A stretch of 64,000 bases of DNA, taken from a virus. Taxonomy: Duplodnaviria; Caudoviricetes. Below, in pieces: positions 1 to 9,267 of the stretch. The stretch is taken from the IMG/VR virus record IMGVR_UViG_3300046804_003398; one strand, written 5' to 3'. How positions within the stretch are numbered: the first letter of the stretch is position 1; each line of letters begins with the position of its first letter. The position numbers and the translations under genes were made by a program. Below the pieces are notes generated by a model, which was given only the letters and a program-made list of their open reading frames with translations, made no database searches and was not told the DNA's origin.

Positions 1-624
1 TGCACTTACAATCATACGACGATCATCTGGATTAGTTTTGAGTTTGTCAATTACTTTTTGTAGTTGATCAACTGTTTCTGCCGACCATCCACGAACTTCC
101 ATGAAAGAACCTTTTTCATCTTGTTTGTTATAGCCAATTGGGCATATACGAGCGGGAAAATTTCTCCACATTCCACCATAAGTTCCTTCACCAAGCTCAC
201 CCCATCTATTTGCAAACGATTCGTCAAATTTAATTTTTTCAACAAATTCTTCTTGTGTCAATTTGTTCTCTTGCACCGCTGGAATGTCTCTCTCCATATT
301 TTCTGGAGAAGTATAGAATTTTGCTCTATTTTCCCACCAATCAGAATATTTCTTATATGCCCATTCGTTCCAAATACGAACATTGTTATCAACCAGATAC
401 TTGATGTTGGTATCACCACTGATAAACCACAATAGTTCGTGAACAATTGCTGGCCAATGAACTTTCTTGGTGGTTAATAGAGGAAATGCGTTTAGATCCA
501 CATTGTATTTGGCTTGAGCACCAAAAATACCAATGGTATCTACACCAGTTCGGTTCTTTTTAAGTCTTCCGTTTGTCAAAATATCATTGACAATTCTGAA
601 ATATTCTGTGTCTACTTTGTTCAT
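1..624 (-). CDS. thyA: Thymidylate synthase ThyA, 5' part (runs off the left edge; missing from the ORF track)
   Basis: Manual translation from ATG at 624: MNKVDTEYFRIVNDILTNGRLKKNRTGVDTIG...FPLLTTKKVHWPAIVHELLWFISGDTNIKYL...IWNEW...YGGMWRNF...DQLQKVIDKLKTNPDDRRMIVSA, open to base 1; directly downstream of DHFR. Confidence 0.95.
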   Translation of the reverse strand, partial: MNKVDTEYFRIVNDILTNGRLKKNRTGVDTIGIFGAQAKYNVDLNAFPLLTTKKVHWPAIVHELLWFISGDTNIKYLVDNNVRIWNEWAYKKYSDWWENRAKFYTSPENMERDIPAVQENKLTQEEFVEKIKFDESFANRWGELGEGTYGGMWRNFPARICPIGYNKQDEKGSFMEVRGWSAETVDQLQKVIDKLKTNPDDRRMIVSA

Positions 625-625
625 A

Positions 626-1099
626 TTACTTACTATACTTTATAACTTTGTGTAGGTCAAATTCTTTCACCACTTCTTGCTTGTTATACAAGTGTTCAAA
701 CGTTGGCATAAATGTATCACCCTCATAACTACCATTTACATGCGTAACATAAAATTCTGTAATATATGGTAGTAATCTAACATATGTTTTAGCTCCGCCC
801 GCAACAATTATGTCTGGGTCCAGATCAGATACATCATTGATGATTTTGCCTGACAGACCGTTGTTATTGACAATATACTGGTTGGTTATGTGACTGAGTT
901 CTTCTACTCTACGAGTCAATACTAGAATTTCTCTATTCTTGAGCATAGGAAGAGTATCAAATGTGTTTTTTCCCACAATAAGTTTTTTGCCCATCGTGAA
1001 CTCTTTAAACCACTTGAAGTCTTCTTTTATGGATGGCCATGGCAGTCCACCATTTTTTCCAATAACTCTATTTTGTGCTAACGCAAGTATGGCTTTCAT
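626..1099 (-). CDS. folA: Dihydrofolate reductase
   Basis: AQNRVIGKNGGLPW, EDFKWFKEFT, IVGKNTF, GGAKTY, GDTFMP motifs; adjacent to thyA. Confidence 0.95.
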   Translation of the reverse strand: MKAILALAQNRVIGKNGGLPWPSIKEDFKWFKEFTMGKKLIVGKNTFDTLPMLKNREILVLTRRVEELSHITNQYIVNNNGLSGKIINDVSDLDPDIIVAGGAKTYVRLLPYITEFYVTHVNGSYEGDTFMPTFEHLYNKQEVVKEFDLHKVIKYSK

Positions 1100-1524
1100 T
1101 TAATATAATCTAAGATCATGTTTACTGATTCATCAACTGTATGTTTATCAGTATCAATGTCGAGATAATTGACGAGGGGTGGTTCATAGTAATCCACCAT
1201 TTTACCTTCACGTAGTCGATTACTATGTAAATACACTTCTTTTACCTCATACAACAAATTCTCAGTCTTTAATTCTTCACGCAAATCTCTGAATGGATTG
1301 ACCAATGATACTATGACTGTGATATTATTTTTACAAATCAATCTGGCAAGCATTGAAGCAACTGTGACGTTTCTTCTTCGACCTTCAACACTATAGTCTT
1401 TATTGTCTAATATCTGACGAAGTTCATCACCATCAATAATACTAGAACACGACATATGCTTTTTGAGAGCATATGCCAGTGTTGTTTTTCCAGAGTTTGG
1501 TTGACCTGTAAGTATGATTATCAC
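1096..1524 (-). CDS. Adenylyl-sulfate (APS) kinase-like P-loop kinase
   Basis: LTGQPNSGKTT Walker A, IDGDELR, RRRNV, VIVSLVNPFRDLR, YEPP match the CysC pattern. Confidence 0.75.
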   Translation of the reverse strand: MIIILTGQPNSGKTTLAYALKKHMSCSSIIDGDELRQILDNKDYSVEGRRRNVTVASMLARLICKNNITVIVSLVNPFRDLREELKTENLLYEVKEVYLHSNRLREGKMVDYYEPPLVNYLDIDTDKHTVDESVNMILDYIK

Positions 1525-1525
1525 A

Positions 1526-1996
1526 TCAGAACTTAGTTGTTCGATTATCTAGTTGCGCAATCTTTTCTTGTAAGTTTCTGAGTGTCAACAGAACCGCATC
1601 GAATTCACGTTTGAGCGATTCAACGTCATTTGTCGAAACATGGTGTTCGTGTATGTGTTCCGCATTAAGAGCACATTCAATGTGGTCATATCCAAACAGA
1701 TAGTCGATATCAACGTCATAAGTGTCTTTGCCACAGTGACGGCACTTCCATGCCTTATTTTCAATATTGTCGATTCGATTGATGGTCTTTAGAACCTCAT
1801 CGTCACTGGAACAATTCATGATGTCTACAGACCAATCAACTGGACCATTTTCTTCACGATTTGTGATTGATGGAAACTTGATTGTGAGTTCATGCTGAAT
1901 GACTCTAAGAATCGATTCAATTTGGGTTTCTTGAATTCTGCGCAGTGTTCTCGCACATTCGATGATGGTTTCTGTATGTTTATCTTGGTAGTCCAT
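1526..1996 (-). CDS. Hypothetical protein (CxxC/HxxC, C-terminal coiled coil)
   Basis: 156-aa ORF tightly packed in the operon; CRHC...HIEC. Confidence 0.6.
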   Translation of the reverse strand: MDYQDKHTETIIECARTLRRIQETQIESILRVIQHELTIKFPSITNREENGPVDWSVDIMNCSSDDEVLKTINRIDNIENKAWKCRHCGKDTYDVDIDYLFGYDHIECALNAEHIHEHHVSTNDVESLKREFDAVLLTLRNLQEKIAQLDNRTTKF

Positions 1997-1999
1997 AAT

Positions 2000-2185
2000 T
2001 TATTCTCCTTTTTTGAAACTGTCTTTCATGTCTTTAAGCAAAATGCCAATCGTATCCAAACTGGTTACACGATCCCGATATAATGCTTCGGTCTTTTGCT
2101 TTTCCAAATCTATAAGCTTAATAAGCTCATTGATCTTTTTCATTGTAACTGTAGGCTTTGTTCTTTCAAATTCGCTAGGATTCAT
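2000..2185 (-). CDS. Small hypothetical coiled-coil protein
   Basis: Start chosen at ATG 2185 (MNPSEF), 7 nt after a TATGAT -10 box. Confidence 0.55.
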   Translation of the reverse strand: MNPSEFERTKPTVTMKKINELIKLIDLEKQKTEALYRDRVTSLDTIGILLKDMKDSFKKGE

Positions 2186-2192
2186 AATTAAC

Positions 2193-2220
2193 ATCATACA
2201 AGCACTAGCGAAGCTGTCAA
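2193..2220 (-). promoter_or_regulatory. Sigma70-like promoter TTGACA-16-TATGAT with extended TG
   Basis: Minus strand ttgaca gcttcgctagtgcttg tatgat. Confidence 0.6.
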
Positions 2221-2233
2221 CAAATCTTTTCTG

Positions 2234-3214
2234 CTACCCTGAAATAAATTTATTCATAGCATTAATAGAAGAACCCAAGTCAGGGTAAGCCCATTCATCA
2301 ACTAAATGGTAATCTATCAGCGATACATTTTGTTTACCAACCAAATAATCAGTTGGACCACCATAGTTTGTAGACACAATCTTCTTGTCGTAGTTCATAG
2401 CATCATATAAACTCAACCCAAATCCTTCACCCTTATGAAGACTGACATAACAATCACCTATTGAGTGTATGCTTAAAATGTCTTTATTTGATGAATTATC
2501 AGTTATCACATATATTGACTTAGATAAATTCTTGGTTCGTTTAGACAACTGTGCAATGATATGTCCCTTGTTTTGAACTGAATAATCTTTGTGATGTAAC
2601 TTTAAGACCAATTGTGTATTTGGATTCTTAGTGTTAACAGCGTCAAAACATTCTATTAGATCATTGATTCCCTTACGGTCAGTATATTCAGCAATACTAT
2701 AGTAAGTGAAAATATTATTGGGTATAGGTTTTCCTGTATAATCACGCAGATTGACTGTGGATCTATCTGGAAGAGTTTGATTCATAAATACATGTGGAAA
2801 TACAGTAATAGGAATTGTTACTCCGCATGATTCAAATGCTGTTTTGTTGAAAGACGATGGAACCCACAATTCCGACATCTTGTTAATATCATAAATCCAA
2901 TGATTGGGTATTTTTGAATTTTCCCAAGTGCAGTAACCTACTTGTTTAACTGGAAATGGTTTTTTGGTTCGTTCAGCTATCAATGACCACAGATTTGGTA
3001 AAGTGTGAAATATCTGCATGTCATAATAATCCAACGACTTGATTTTTGAACACACTTTTTTGTCGATTTCACTGTCTTTGTCGATCTGAGAATTATCAAA
3101 GACCAAAGGACTGAACGACACATTGTGACCTTGTTCTGATAGGTATAAAATGTTACCCTTTGCTGCTACTGCATAACCACTTGTGCCATATTGACCTACG
3201 TATTCAATGTTCAT
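2234..3214 (-). CDS. GT-B fold (GT4-like) glycosyltransferase
   Basis: YVGQYGTSGYAVAAKG N-terminus; RKGINDLIECF, DCYVSLHKGEGFGLSLYDAM, TNYGGPTDYL; paralog of 49427..50845 and the N-terminus of 58592..61240. Confidence 0.8.
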   Translation of the reverse strand: MNIEYVGQYGTSGYAVAAKGNILYLSEQGHNVSFSPLVFDNSQIDKDSEIDKKVCSKIKSLDYYDMQIFHTLPNLWSLIAERTKKPFPVKQVGYCTWENSKIPNHWIYDINKMSELWVPSSFNKTAFESCGVTIPITVFPHVFMNQTLPDRSTVNLRDYTGKPIPNNIFTYYSIAEYTDRKGINDLIECFDAVNTKNPNTQLVLKLHHKDYSVQNKGHIIAQLSKRTKNLSKSIYVITDNSSNKDILSIHSIGDCYVSLHKGEGFGLSLYDAMNYDKKIVSTNYGGPTDYLVGKQNVSLIDYHLVDEWAYPDLGSSINAMNKFISG

Positions 3215-3293
3215 ACGTTAATAATATAGGTAATTATAAAAACAAACTATCATATAATTTAAACAATAAAAACATATGTATATACATTAGGTT

Positions 3294-4139
3294 ATGAAAG
3301 GTATTATTCTATCAGGTGGCACGGGTTCAAGGTTATATCCATTAACACAAACCTTGAACAAACAGCTTTTGCCTGTATACGACAAACCGATGATTTATTA
3401 TCCTCTGTCTACCATGATCAACTTTGGTATACGAGAGTTTTGTATAATTTCATCGCCCGATTATATTCTTCACTATGAAAAGTTGTTTGGTGATGGAAGT
3501 CAGTTGGGATTGAGTATAACCTACAAGGTTCAGTATAAACCACGGGGTATCGCTGAATCGTTTTTAATTGCAGACGACTTCATAGGTAATGACTCTGTTG
3601 GGTTGATCTTGGGCGACAACATCATACATGGTGCTGCACATTTAAAATCTGAAACCATCGACGGTGCAGTAATATTTGCTTATCATGTCAACAATCCAAA
3701 TGCGTATGGTGTGGTGGAGTTTGACGAAGATGGTAAGGTCATATCAATCGAAGAAAAGCCAGTGTCACCAAAAAGCAACTATGCTGTTCCTGGCTTATAT
3801 TTTTACGACAACACGGTGGTAGACAAAGCAAGAGGTCTTAAACCATCAAAACGGGGCGAACTGGAAATAACAGACCTTAACAACTTGTATTTGGCAGATG
3901 GTAAGTTAAAGGTTGTCAAATTTGAACGTGGAACTGCGTGGTTGGATGCTGGAACTCCCGAGACACTATTTCAGAGTGGAATGTATGTTCAATCTATTCA
4001 AGAAAGACAAGGAGTCAAAGTGGGTTGTATTGAAGAAGACTGTTACAGAAACAAGTTTATAACACAAGATCAACTTTCAAAAATAGTTGACAAAATGGCA
4101 AACTCAGATTACAAACAATATTTACAAAAACTACTATGA
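3294..4139 (+). CDS. rmlA: Glucose-1-phosphate thymidylyltransferase
   Basis: GIILSGGTGSRLYPLT, KQLLPVYDKPMIYYPLS, LILGDNI, EEKP, RGELEITD, WLDAGT. Confidence 0.95.
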   Translation: MKGIILSGGTGSRLYPLTQTLNKQLLPVYDKPMIYYPLSTMINFGIREFCIISSPDYILHYEKLFGDGSQLGLSITYKVQYKPRGIAESFLIADDFIGNDSVGLILGDNIIHGAAHLKSETIDGAVIFAYHVNNPNAYGVVEFDEDGKVISIEEKPVSPKSNYAVPGLYFYDNTVVDKARGLKPSKRGELEITDLNNLYLADGKLKVVKFERGTAWLDAGTPETLFQSGMYVQSIQERQGVKVGCIEEDCYRNKFITQDQLSKIVDKMANSDYKQYLQKLL

Positions 4140-5002
4140 TTATACTATTTGGAGCCACGGGCTACATCGGAAGTGAATTCAAACGACAATTGGAATTGCA
4201 AAAGATCCCAGTCTTCTTGTGGCCAAATACACACAAAACAACATTTCAAGATTTGGAAAATTGGTATGACGAAGCTGGATATCCATTGATTGGTGGAGTA
4301 ATCAACGCAGCTGGATTCACTGGAAAACCAAACGTAGATGCTTGTGAACTAAACAAAGACGCAACAATTCATGGTAACATCATCTGGCCACAAATACTAA
4401 CCGATTGGTGTATGTTGAATGACATTCCACTGGGTCATGTATCCAGTGGATGTATCTACGAAGGTAGAAGATCTGATGGAAAACCTTTTACCGAAGAAGA
4501 TGCTCCAAACTTCAGTTTTGCTCAAAATAATTGTAGTTTCTATAGTGGAACAAAAGCAATTGCCGAAAACATTGTTAGCAAGTGGGAGAAGTCATACATC
4601 TGGAGATTGAGAATTCCATTTGAAGAAAAAAACAATCCTAGAAACTATTTGTCAAAGATGTTGAACTACAAGAAACTTCTCAACGCAGAAAACTCAATAT
4701 CCAATAAACAAGAGTTTGTGTCTGCTTGTATTGAGACCATGAACAAGAATGTTCCATATGGAATCTACAACGTGACAAACACTGGATTCACTACCACAGA
4801 AGAAGTGGTCAAGATTTTGAAAAACACTATTGCAAAAAACAGAAAGTTTGAGTTTGTAGATGATGAAGAGTTCTACAAGATCTTTGCAAAAACACCTCGT
4901 TCAAATTGTGTGATGAGTAACGAGAAACTTTTATCAACTGGAATCAAGATGCGAACCACCGAGGAAGCATTGAGTTACTGTGTAAAAAACTGGATTGAAT
5001 AA
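4136..5002 (+). CDS. NDP-4-keto-6-deoxyglucose 3,5-epimerase/4-reductase-like SDR (NRS/ER-type RmlD relative)
   Basis: GATGYIG; NAAGFTGKPNVDACE; SSGCIY; FTEEDAPNF; SFYSGTKA (YxxxK); RLRIP; NPRNYLSK; GIYNVTNTG; PRSN. Confidence 0.8.
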   Translation: MIILFGATGYIGSEFKRQLELQKIPVFLWPNTHKTTFQDLENWYDEAGYPLIGGVINAAGFTGKPNVDACELNKDATIHGNIIWPQILTDWCMLNDIPLGHVSSGCIYEGRRSDGKPFTEEDAPNFSFAQNNCSFYSGTKAIAENIVSKWEKSYIWRLRIPFEEKNNPRNYLSKMLNYKKLLNAENSISNKQEFVSACIETMNKNVPYGIYNVTNTGFTTTEEVVKILKNTIAKNRKFEFVDDEEFYKIFAKTPRSNCVMSNEKLLSTGIKMRTTEEALSYCVKNWIE

Positions 5003-5004
5003 GT

Positions 5005-5964
5005 ATGAACATATTAGTTACAGGCGGATGTGGATTTATTGGGTCTCACTTTATAGAAGAAATCATAAACAGACCCGATGTTAAAACTATTGTTAACGTA
5101 GATTGCATGACTTATGCGGCAAACAAAAACTTGCCATTTGAGTCCAATCCAAAGTATATTCACCATCAATTAGACATCAGTAAAGATTCACTTCTCGGAT
5201 TGTTGAAGGGATATGATATTGATAATGTCATTCATTTTGCAGCTGAAAGTCATGTTGACAATAGTATCAGTAATGCTGGTCCATTCATACAAACAAATAT
5301 TATAGGCACCCATAACATTTTGGTGGATTTGTTACAGTGGAAACAACAAAAGAACTTTAGGTTTGTTCATGTATCAACTGACGAAGTATACGGAACGTTA
5401 AACAGCAAAGAATCAGCATTTAGTGTTGATAGTCCGTATCGTCCAAATAGTCCATATGCGGCTAGTAAAGCGGCTAGTGACTTGTTGGTGAGGAGTTACG
5501 TCAGAACATACAAGTTGCCAGCTATTATCACCAACTGTAGCAACAACTATGGTCCTCGACAGTTTCCAGAGAAGATGATTCCATTGTGTATAGAACGTCT
5601 CAAGAACAAACAACCAATTCCTTTGTATGGAACTGGTCAAAACGTAAGAGACTGGATTTACGTAAAAGATCATGTGAGAGCACTATGGACCGTATTACGT
5701 GAGGGTATTATAGGAAAACAGTATTTGATTGGTGGCGATAATGAAGTAACCAATTTTGAACTGATTCATTGCATACGTGATGCCTACAGATCAATTACTG
5801 GTATTGACCCAGAACAATGGGAATGGTTTAAATACGTCGAAGATAGAAAAGGTCATGATCTTCGTTATGCAATTGACACATCCGATTATAAACTTGAATT
5901 CTCACGATTGGAATTAACAGATTTTAATCAAGCGCTTTCTGACACAATCAGGTCATATTTATAA
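5005..5964 (+). CDS. rmlB: dTDP-glucose 4,6-dehydratase
   Basis: VTGGCGFIGS, HFAAESHVDNS, HVSTDEVYG, PNSPYAASKA, SNNYGPRQFPEK, RDWIYVKDH, DRKGHDLRYA. Confidence 0.95.
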   Translation: MNILVTGGCGFIGSHFIEEIINRPDVKTIVNVDCMTYAANKNLPFESNPKYIHHQLDISKDSLLGLLKGYDIDNVIHFAAESHVDNSISNAGPFIQTNIIGTHNILVDLLQWKQQKNFRFVHVSTDEVYGTLNSKESAFSVDSPYRPNSPYAASKAASDLLVRSYVRTYKLPAIITNCSNNYGPRQFPEKMIPLCIERLKNKQPIPLYGTGQNVRDWIYVKDHVRALWTVLREGIIGKQYLIGGDNEVTNFELIHCIRDAYRSITGIDPEQWEWFKYVEDRKGHDLRYAIDTSDYKLEFSRLELTDFNQALSDTIRSYL

Positions 5965-5967
5965 TAT

Positions 5968-6348
5968 GTGGCAATTAGAATTTATTCTAAATTCGCTAAG
6001 GATCTGACACTGATCGAAGAAAAAGCGTGTGCCAAAATGGTATCAAGCGGTGCCATATATAATGTCTATGTGGAGTGCTGTAACCCCGAGAATCCTCCAA
6101 ACAATCAAGTATTTATTGCTAAAGATGGAGATAAGTTTGTTGGGTGGTCAATCATAAAACATGATCGAAAGAAAAAGTGGCAATTCATGGTCTATGTTAA
6201 AACCAGTCATAGACGACAAGGTATAGGAACAAAACTCTACGAACGATCAAGAAAGTTCTTTAGACTAAAAGACAAAGAAATAACCGTGTATAGGACCAAC
6301 AATCCCAATACACGGTTTTTTGATGCGATAAAGAAACCTGAGCTTTAA
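5968..6348 (+). CDS. GNAT-family acetyltransferase
   Basis: VYVKTSHRRQGIGTKL acetyl-CoA motif A; GTG start. Confidence 0.75.
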   Translation: MAIRIYSKFAKDLTLIEEKACAKMVSSGAIYNVYVECCNPENPPNNQVFIAKDGDKFVGWSIIKHDRKKKWQFMVYVKTSHRRQGIGTKLYERSRKFFRLKDKEITVYRTNNPNTRFFDAIKKPEL

Positions 6349-6611
6349 TATCCGTTCTGTCTAAGAAATCCAATACCAAAGCCCAACAATTGAATCTTGA
6401 AACCAAAGTGGATATCAGACTTCACGACGTTCACAGTTGTTGGTGCGTTAAAAGCATAAATAACTGATTCTTGCACATCCATATCTTCACGAAATGGACC
6501 CTTCTCAAAGTATGGATAAAAGAAGGTCAAGCTGAAATAGTCATACCACTGTTTTTCAAAGTTCAATTGAAAACATGGGTATATGATTTTGAATGTTGGT
6601 TTATAACTCAT
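6345..6611 (-). CDS. Hypothetical aromatic-rich protein
   Basis: 88-aa ATG ORF 6 nt after the dCMP deaminase stop; stop overlaps the convergent GNAT stop (TTAA). Confidence 0.55.
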   Translation of the reverse strand: MSYKPTFKIIYPCFQLNFEKQWYDYFSLTFFYPYFEKGPFREDMDVQESVIYAFNAPTTVNVVKSDIHFGFKIQLLGFGIGFLRQNGY

Positions 6612-6617
6612 ATATGA

Positions 6618-7142
6618 TTATATATCAAACTGTTTACCGTCAAAGTATGCTTTACATCCTAAAATTCTATCAATCGTGTGAACTTCTACCCCAGATTCAT
6701 TGAACATTGTGAAAGTAGCATTGTCATGTCCCTTCCATTGTTCTCGTTGTGTTGCATTACACAAATCATTAAATTGTTGATGTATATAAACACGTTTGAT
6801 ACCACTTTGAATGATTCCTCTAGCACAATCAGCACATGGCAAAGCATTGGTATAAAGAATAGCTCCATCCGTATTTATACCATACTTGGCAGCTGCGTAA
6901 ATGGCATTACGTTCACCGTGTTCATACCACTTGTATTTTTCTGGTCGTTCGTGGCGTGACTTATTTTTATCATCTACACCAATAGGAATACCGTTGTATC
7001 CAGTTGAAATGATGCGTTTATCTTTTACAATAAGCGCACCAATCTTGGTCTTGGGATCTTTGGATTTGCTAGCAACCCAATAAACGCCTTGCAAAAACCA
7101 TTCGTTCCAATCTGGCGGTGTAGGAAAGTTATTATCACTCAT
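6618..7142 (-). CDS. dCMP deaminase
   Basis: SKDPKTKIGALIV, STGYNG, HGERNAI, PCADCARGIIQSGI zinc motifs; start placed at ATG 7142. Confidence 0.9.
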   Translation of the reverse strand: MSDNNFPTPPDWNEWFLQGVYWVASKSKDPKTKIGALIVKDKRIISTGYNGIPIGVDDKNKSRHERPEKYKWYEHGERNAIYAAAKYGINTDGAILYTNALPCADCARGIIQSGIKRVYIHQQFNDLCNATQREQWKGHDNATFTMFNESGVEVHTIDRILGCKAYFDGKQFDI

Positions 7143-7174
7143 ACACCCAAATATACACGAACAATTTATGTATG

Positions 7175-7786
7175 TCAATCTTGATCTTTGGGGAGAATTT
7201 TTATAGATCCAATGTAACCATAAACATCATTTCGTGTTGCTGTAGAAAGCACATGATATACATGACCATCACGATTAACAATACGATATGAACATGTAGA
7301 ATTACGTTTGTCTTCTATAGCAGAGTCCCATTCAAGTATTACACGTTCACGATCATCTTCATGGATTATGTTTCTCCAACCATTACCAAGAAAATATGAT
7401 TCACTGTATTTTGTGATTTGACAATACTTTTCATTGACCCAAGTGCATTTGCCTTCGGTATCACACTCAAAAATCGGTTCATCTCTGTTATCAAGAATCC
7501 AACGTTGTCTGTGACATATTTGGTTGGTAATTTTGGTGTTTTCCTCGATTTTTTTATCAATCTTATCTATTTTGTCCTTGATACTTGATCCATGATTAGG
7601 AGTCAGTTCAGAATAAATGAACGATATCATCTTGTGAGTCTTTGAAATACCATCATATTCTTGTTTAATTTTTGAAAACAAATATTTAGTAATCTTGTAT
7701 AAAATTGCAGACACAGCACTTGCTGCTATAATAAATTGAAAATCGAAATATAGATTGGACAAATTAATAGATTTTAAAAATTCCAT
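7175..7786 (-). CDS. Membrane-anchored PAS/PAC-domain protein
   Basis: Hydrophobic FIIAASAVSAILY segment, coiled linker, then IFECDTEGKCTWVNEKYCQIT...FLGNGWRNIIHEDDRERV...YRIVNRDG; no kinase or output domain. Confidence 0.8.
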   Translation of the reverse strand: MEFLKSINLSNLYFDFQFIIAASAVSAILYKITKYLFSKIKQEYDGISKTHKMISFIYSELTPNHGSSIKDKIDKIDKKIEENTKITNQICHRQRWILDNRDEPIFECDTEGKCTWVNEKYCQITKYSESYFLGNGWRNIIHEDDRERVILEWDSAIEDKRNSTCSYRIVNRDGHVYHVLSTATRNDVYGYIGSIKILPKDQD

Positions 7787-7798
7787 ATTTATGTTATA

Positions 7799-7805
7799 AT
7801 AAATA
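7799..7805 (-). promoter_or_regulatory. TATTTAT start-proximal motif (putative late promoter element)
   Basis: 12 nt upstream of the PAS gene ATG; the motif recurs before at least 10 genes. Confidence 0.45.
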
Positions 7806-7825
7806 TTGATCGTTACGCCGTAAAT

Positions 7826-7852
7826 AAAAAAACTCTGAGAGTATCAGAGTTT
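7826..7852 (-). terminator. Intrinsic terminator after 7880..8443
   Basis: AAACTCTGA-TACTC-TCAGAGTTT 9-bp stem running into a T tract on the minus strand. Confidence 0.7.
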
Positions 7853-7879
7853 AGTTACAAAAACGTTGATTTTATTGGT

Positions 7880-8443
7880 TTAATCCCATAATTGTTGATA
7901 GTATTCAGCAAACAACAACATTCCTTTTTTACGTCGTTCTTCTAACTCTTCGGATTTCTTAAGATAATCAGCCCAAGCTTGTTTTTGTTCTGGTGTTTTT
8001 TCACGGTTAATATGTTTCATACATTCTTCCATATTACCAATATCATATGTATACTTAGGAATTGGATTAAACTTTTCTTCATCTTCCATATACTCAAACG
8101 TCCAAATGAGTTCATCCAAAATTTCCTCCCAACGTTCAGGCGTAATATCCGGTGGGTGTGTATGAACATTAATCTTCTTGAAGTGTTTCAGTCTGGGTAG
8201 AATAAACTTTGTAAATGTATAATCCAAACTCCAACATTCACTATCACTAACACCATAACGCATGCGTTGATAGGTGCTAATAATCCAACGTTTTACGTCA
8301 TAATACTTGTAGTAGATACGCCATCCATAAGCAACATGGTCCAATATCCAATCACCATATTTGTTGGTTTTATACCATGGCTCCAACGATGTATCCTCAG
8401 CTTTCTCTAGGCTCTCATTAATTTTTTTGACATCAAAGTTCAT
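7880..8443 (-). CDS. Hypothetical phage protein
   Basis: 187-aa ORF with its own promoter and terminator; ECWSLDYTF..FILPRLKHFK, WEEILDELIW..E. Confidence 0.75.
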   Translation of the reverse strand: MNFDVKKINESLEKAEDTSLEPWYKTNKYGDWILDHVAYGWRIYYKYYDVKRWIISTYQRMRYGVSDSECWSLDYTFTKFILPRLKHFKKINVHTHPPDITPERWEEILDELIWTFEYMEDEEKFNPIPKYTYDIGNMEECMKHINREKTPEQKQAWADYLKKSEELEERRKKGMLLFAEYYQQLWD

Positions 8444-8454
8444 ATTATTGTTTA

Positions 8455-8482
8455 ATTATCACAGACGAAATAAAAAAGTCAA
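8455..8482 (-). promoter_or_regulatory. Sigma70-like promoter TTGACT-16-GATAAT
   Basis: Minus strand, 11 nt upstream of ATG 8443. Confidence 0.5.
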
Positions 8483-8540
8483 CACTAAAGTTTTGTTTTT
8501 ACTTTCCTTCAAATGCGTGTTACTATTTATACACAGATAT

Positions 8541-8729
8541 ATGGAGAATTTTGGTGGGAAGATTCGTGGAATAAGGTTCTTGATCAAAGATGCGAAAACA
8601 ATTCGTATCTGGAAACCTGCGGACATGCCATTAGAAGATTTCAGACCACAATGTGACCTTGTAGTCAAGTATATCATTGACGAAGGATTTTACAACAAAA
8701 AGAGTTGTAAAGTTGAAATTGTCTTTTGA
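8541..8729 (+). CDS. Small hypothetical protein (62 aa)
   Basis: MENFGGKIRGIRFLIKD...KVEIVF; TATTTATA at 8524-8531; 4 nt before ppa. Confidence 0.6.
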   Translation: MENFGGKIRGIRFLIKDAKTIRIWKPADMPLEDFRPQCDLVVKYIIDEGFYNKKSCKVEIVF

Positions 8730-8733
8730 AGTT

Positions 8734-9267
8734 ATGCAAAATTTGTTACATCTAAATCAACACAAAGAGTTTCCAGAAATCATCAACACGATTGTAGAAA
8801 TTCCAAAAGACACAAACACCAAGTATGAATATGATCCAGTGAGTGGATTGATGAAGCTAGACAGATGTTTAATCAGTTCACTACAATATCCTGCAAACTA
8901 TGGATTCATACCCAATACAAAAGCAGAAGATGGTGATCCAGTAGATGTTTTGATTTTTAACAGTGCTCCTTTGCACCCACTAACATTGGTTGAGGTAAGA
9001 GTTCTTGGCGCATTGGTCACTTATGATCATGGTAAGAAAGACTACAAAGTAATAGGAGTTCCACTATTCAATCCAAACAATTACCAAGATATTGATGATA
9101 TTGATCCAATGTTCTTGACGGTTGCTGAAGAATTCTTTAGAATATACAAGAAGGTTAACCGAAAGCCAAACCCAATAAAAATCAAAGGTTGGATCGACAA
9201 CAAAAAAGCAAAACAATACCTACGAGAGACTTTTATTGGGTCGGCAAATCCCCAAACTTCAAAATAG
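8734..9267 (+). CDS. ppa: Inorganic pyrophosphatase (family I)
   Basis: VEIPKDTNTKYEYD, LDRCL, YPANYGFIPNT, EDGDPVDVL, DYKVIGV, FFRIYK. Confidence 0.9.
   Translation: MQNLLHLNQHKEFPEIINTIVEIPKDTNTKYEYDPVSGLMKLDRCLISSLQYPANYGFIPNTKAEDGDPVDVLIFNSAPLHPLTLVEVRVLGALVTYDHGKKDYKVIGVPLFNPNNYQDIDDIDPMFLTVAEEFFRIYKKVNRKPNPIKIKGWIDNKKAKQYLRETFIGSANPQTSK

Noticed and set aside
51-446. Short track ORFs at 51..245, 64..435 and 258..446
   Set aside because: All are shadows of the thyA frame (1..624, minus), which the track missed because it runs off the edge
1-624. ThyA as a DNA-base-modifying hydroxymethylase paralog
   Set aside because: The visible N-terminal motifs are canonical and DHFR is adjacent; the catalytic C-terminus is outside the window
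7813-7823. TTACG-C-CGTAA palindrome upstream of the PAS gene
   Set aside because: Single short occurrence; no second copy noticed to support an operator
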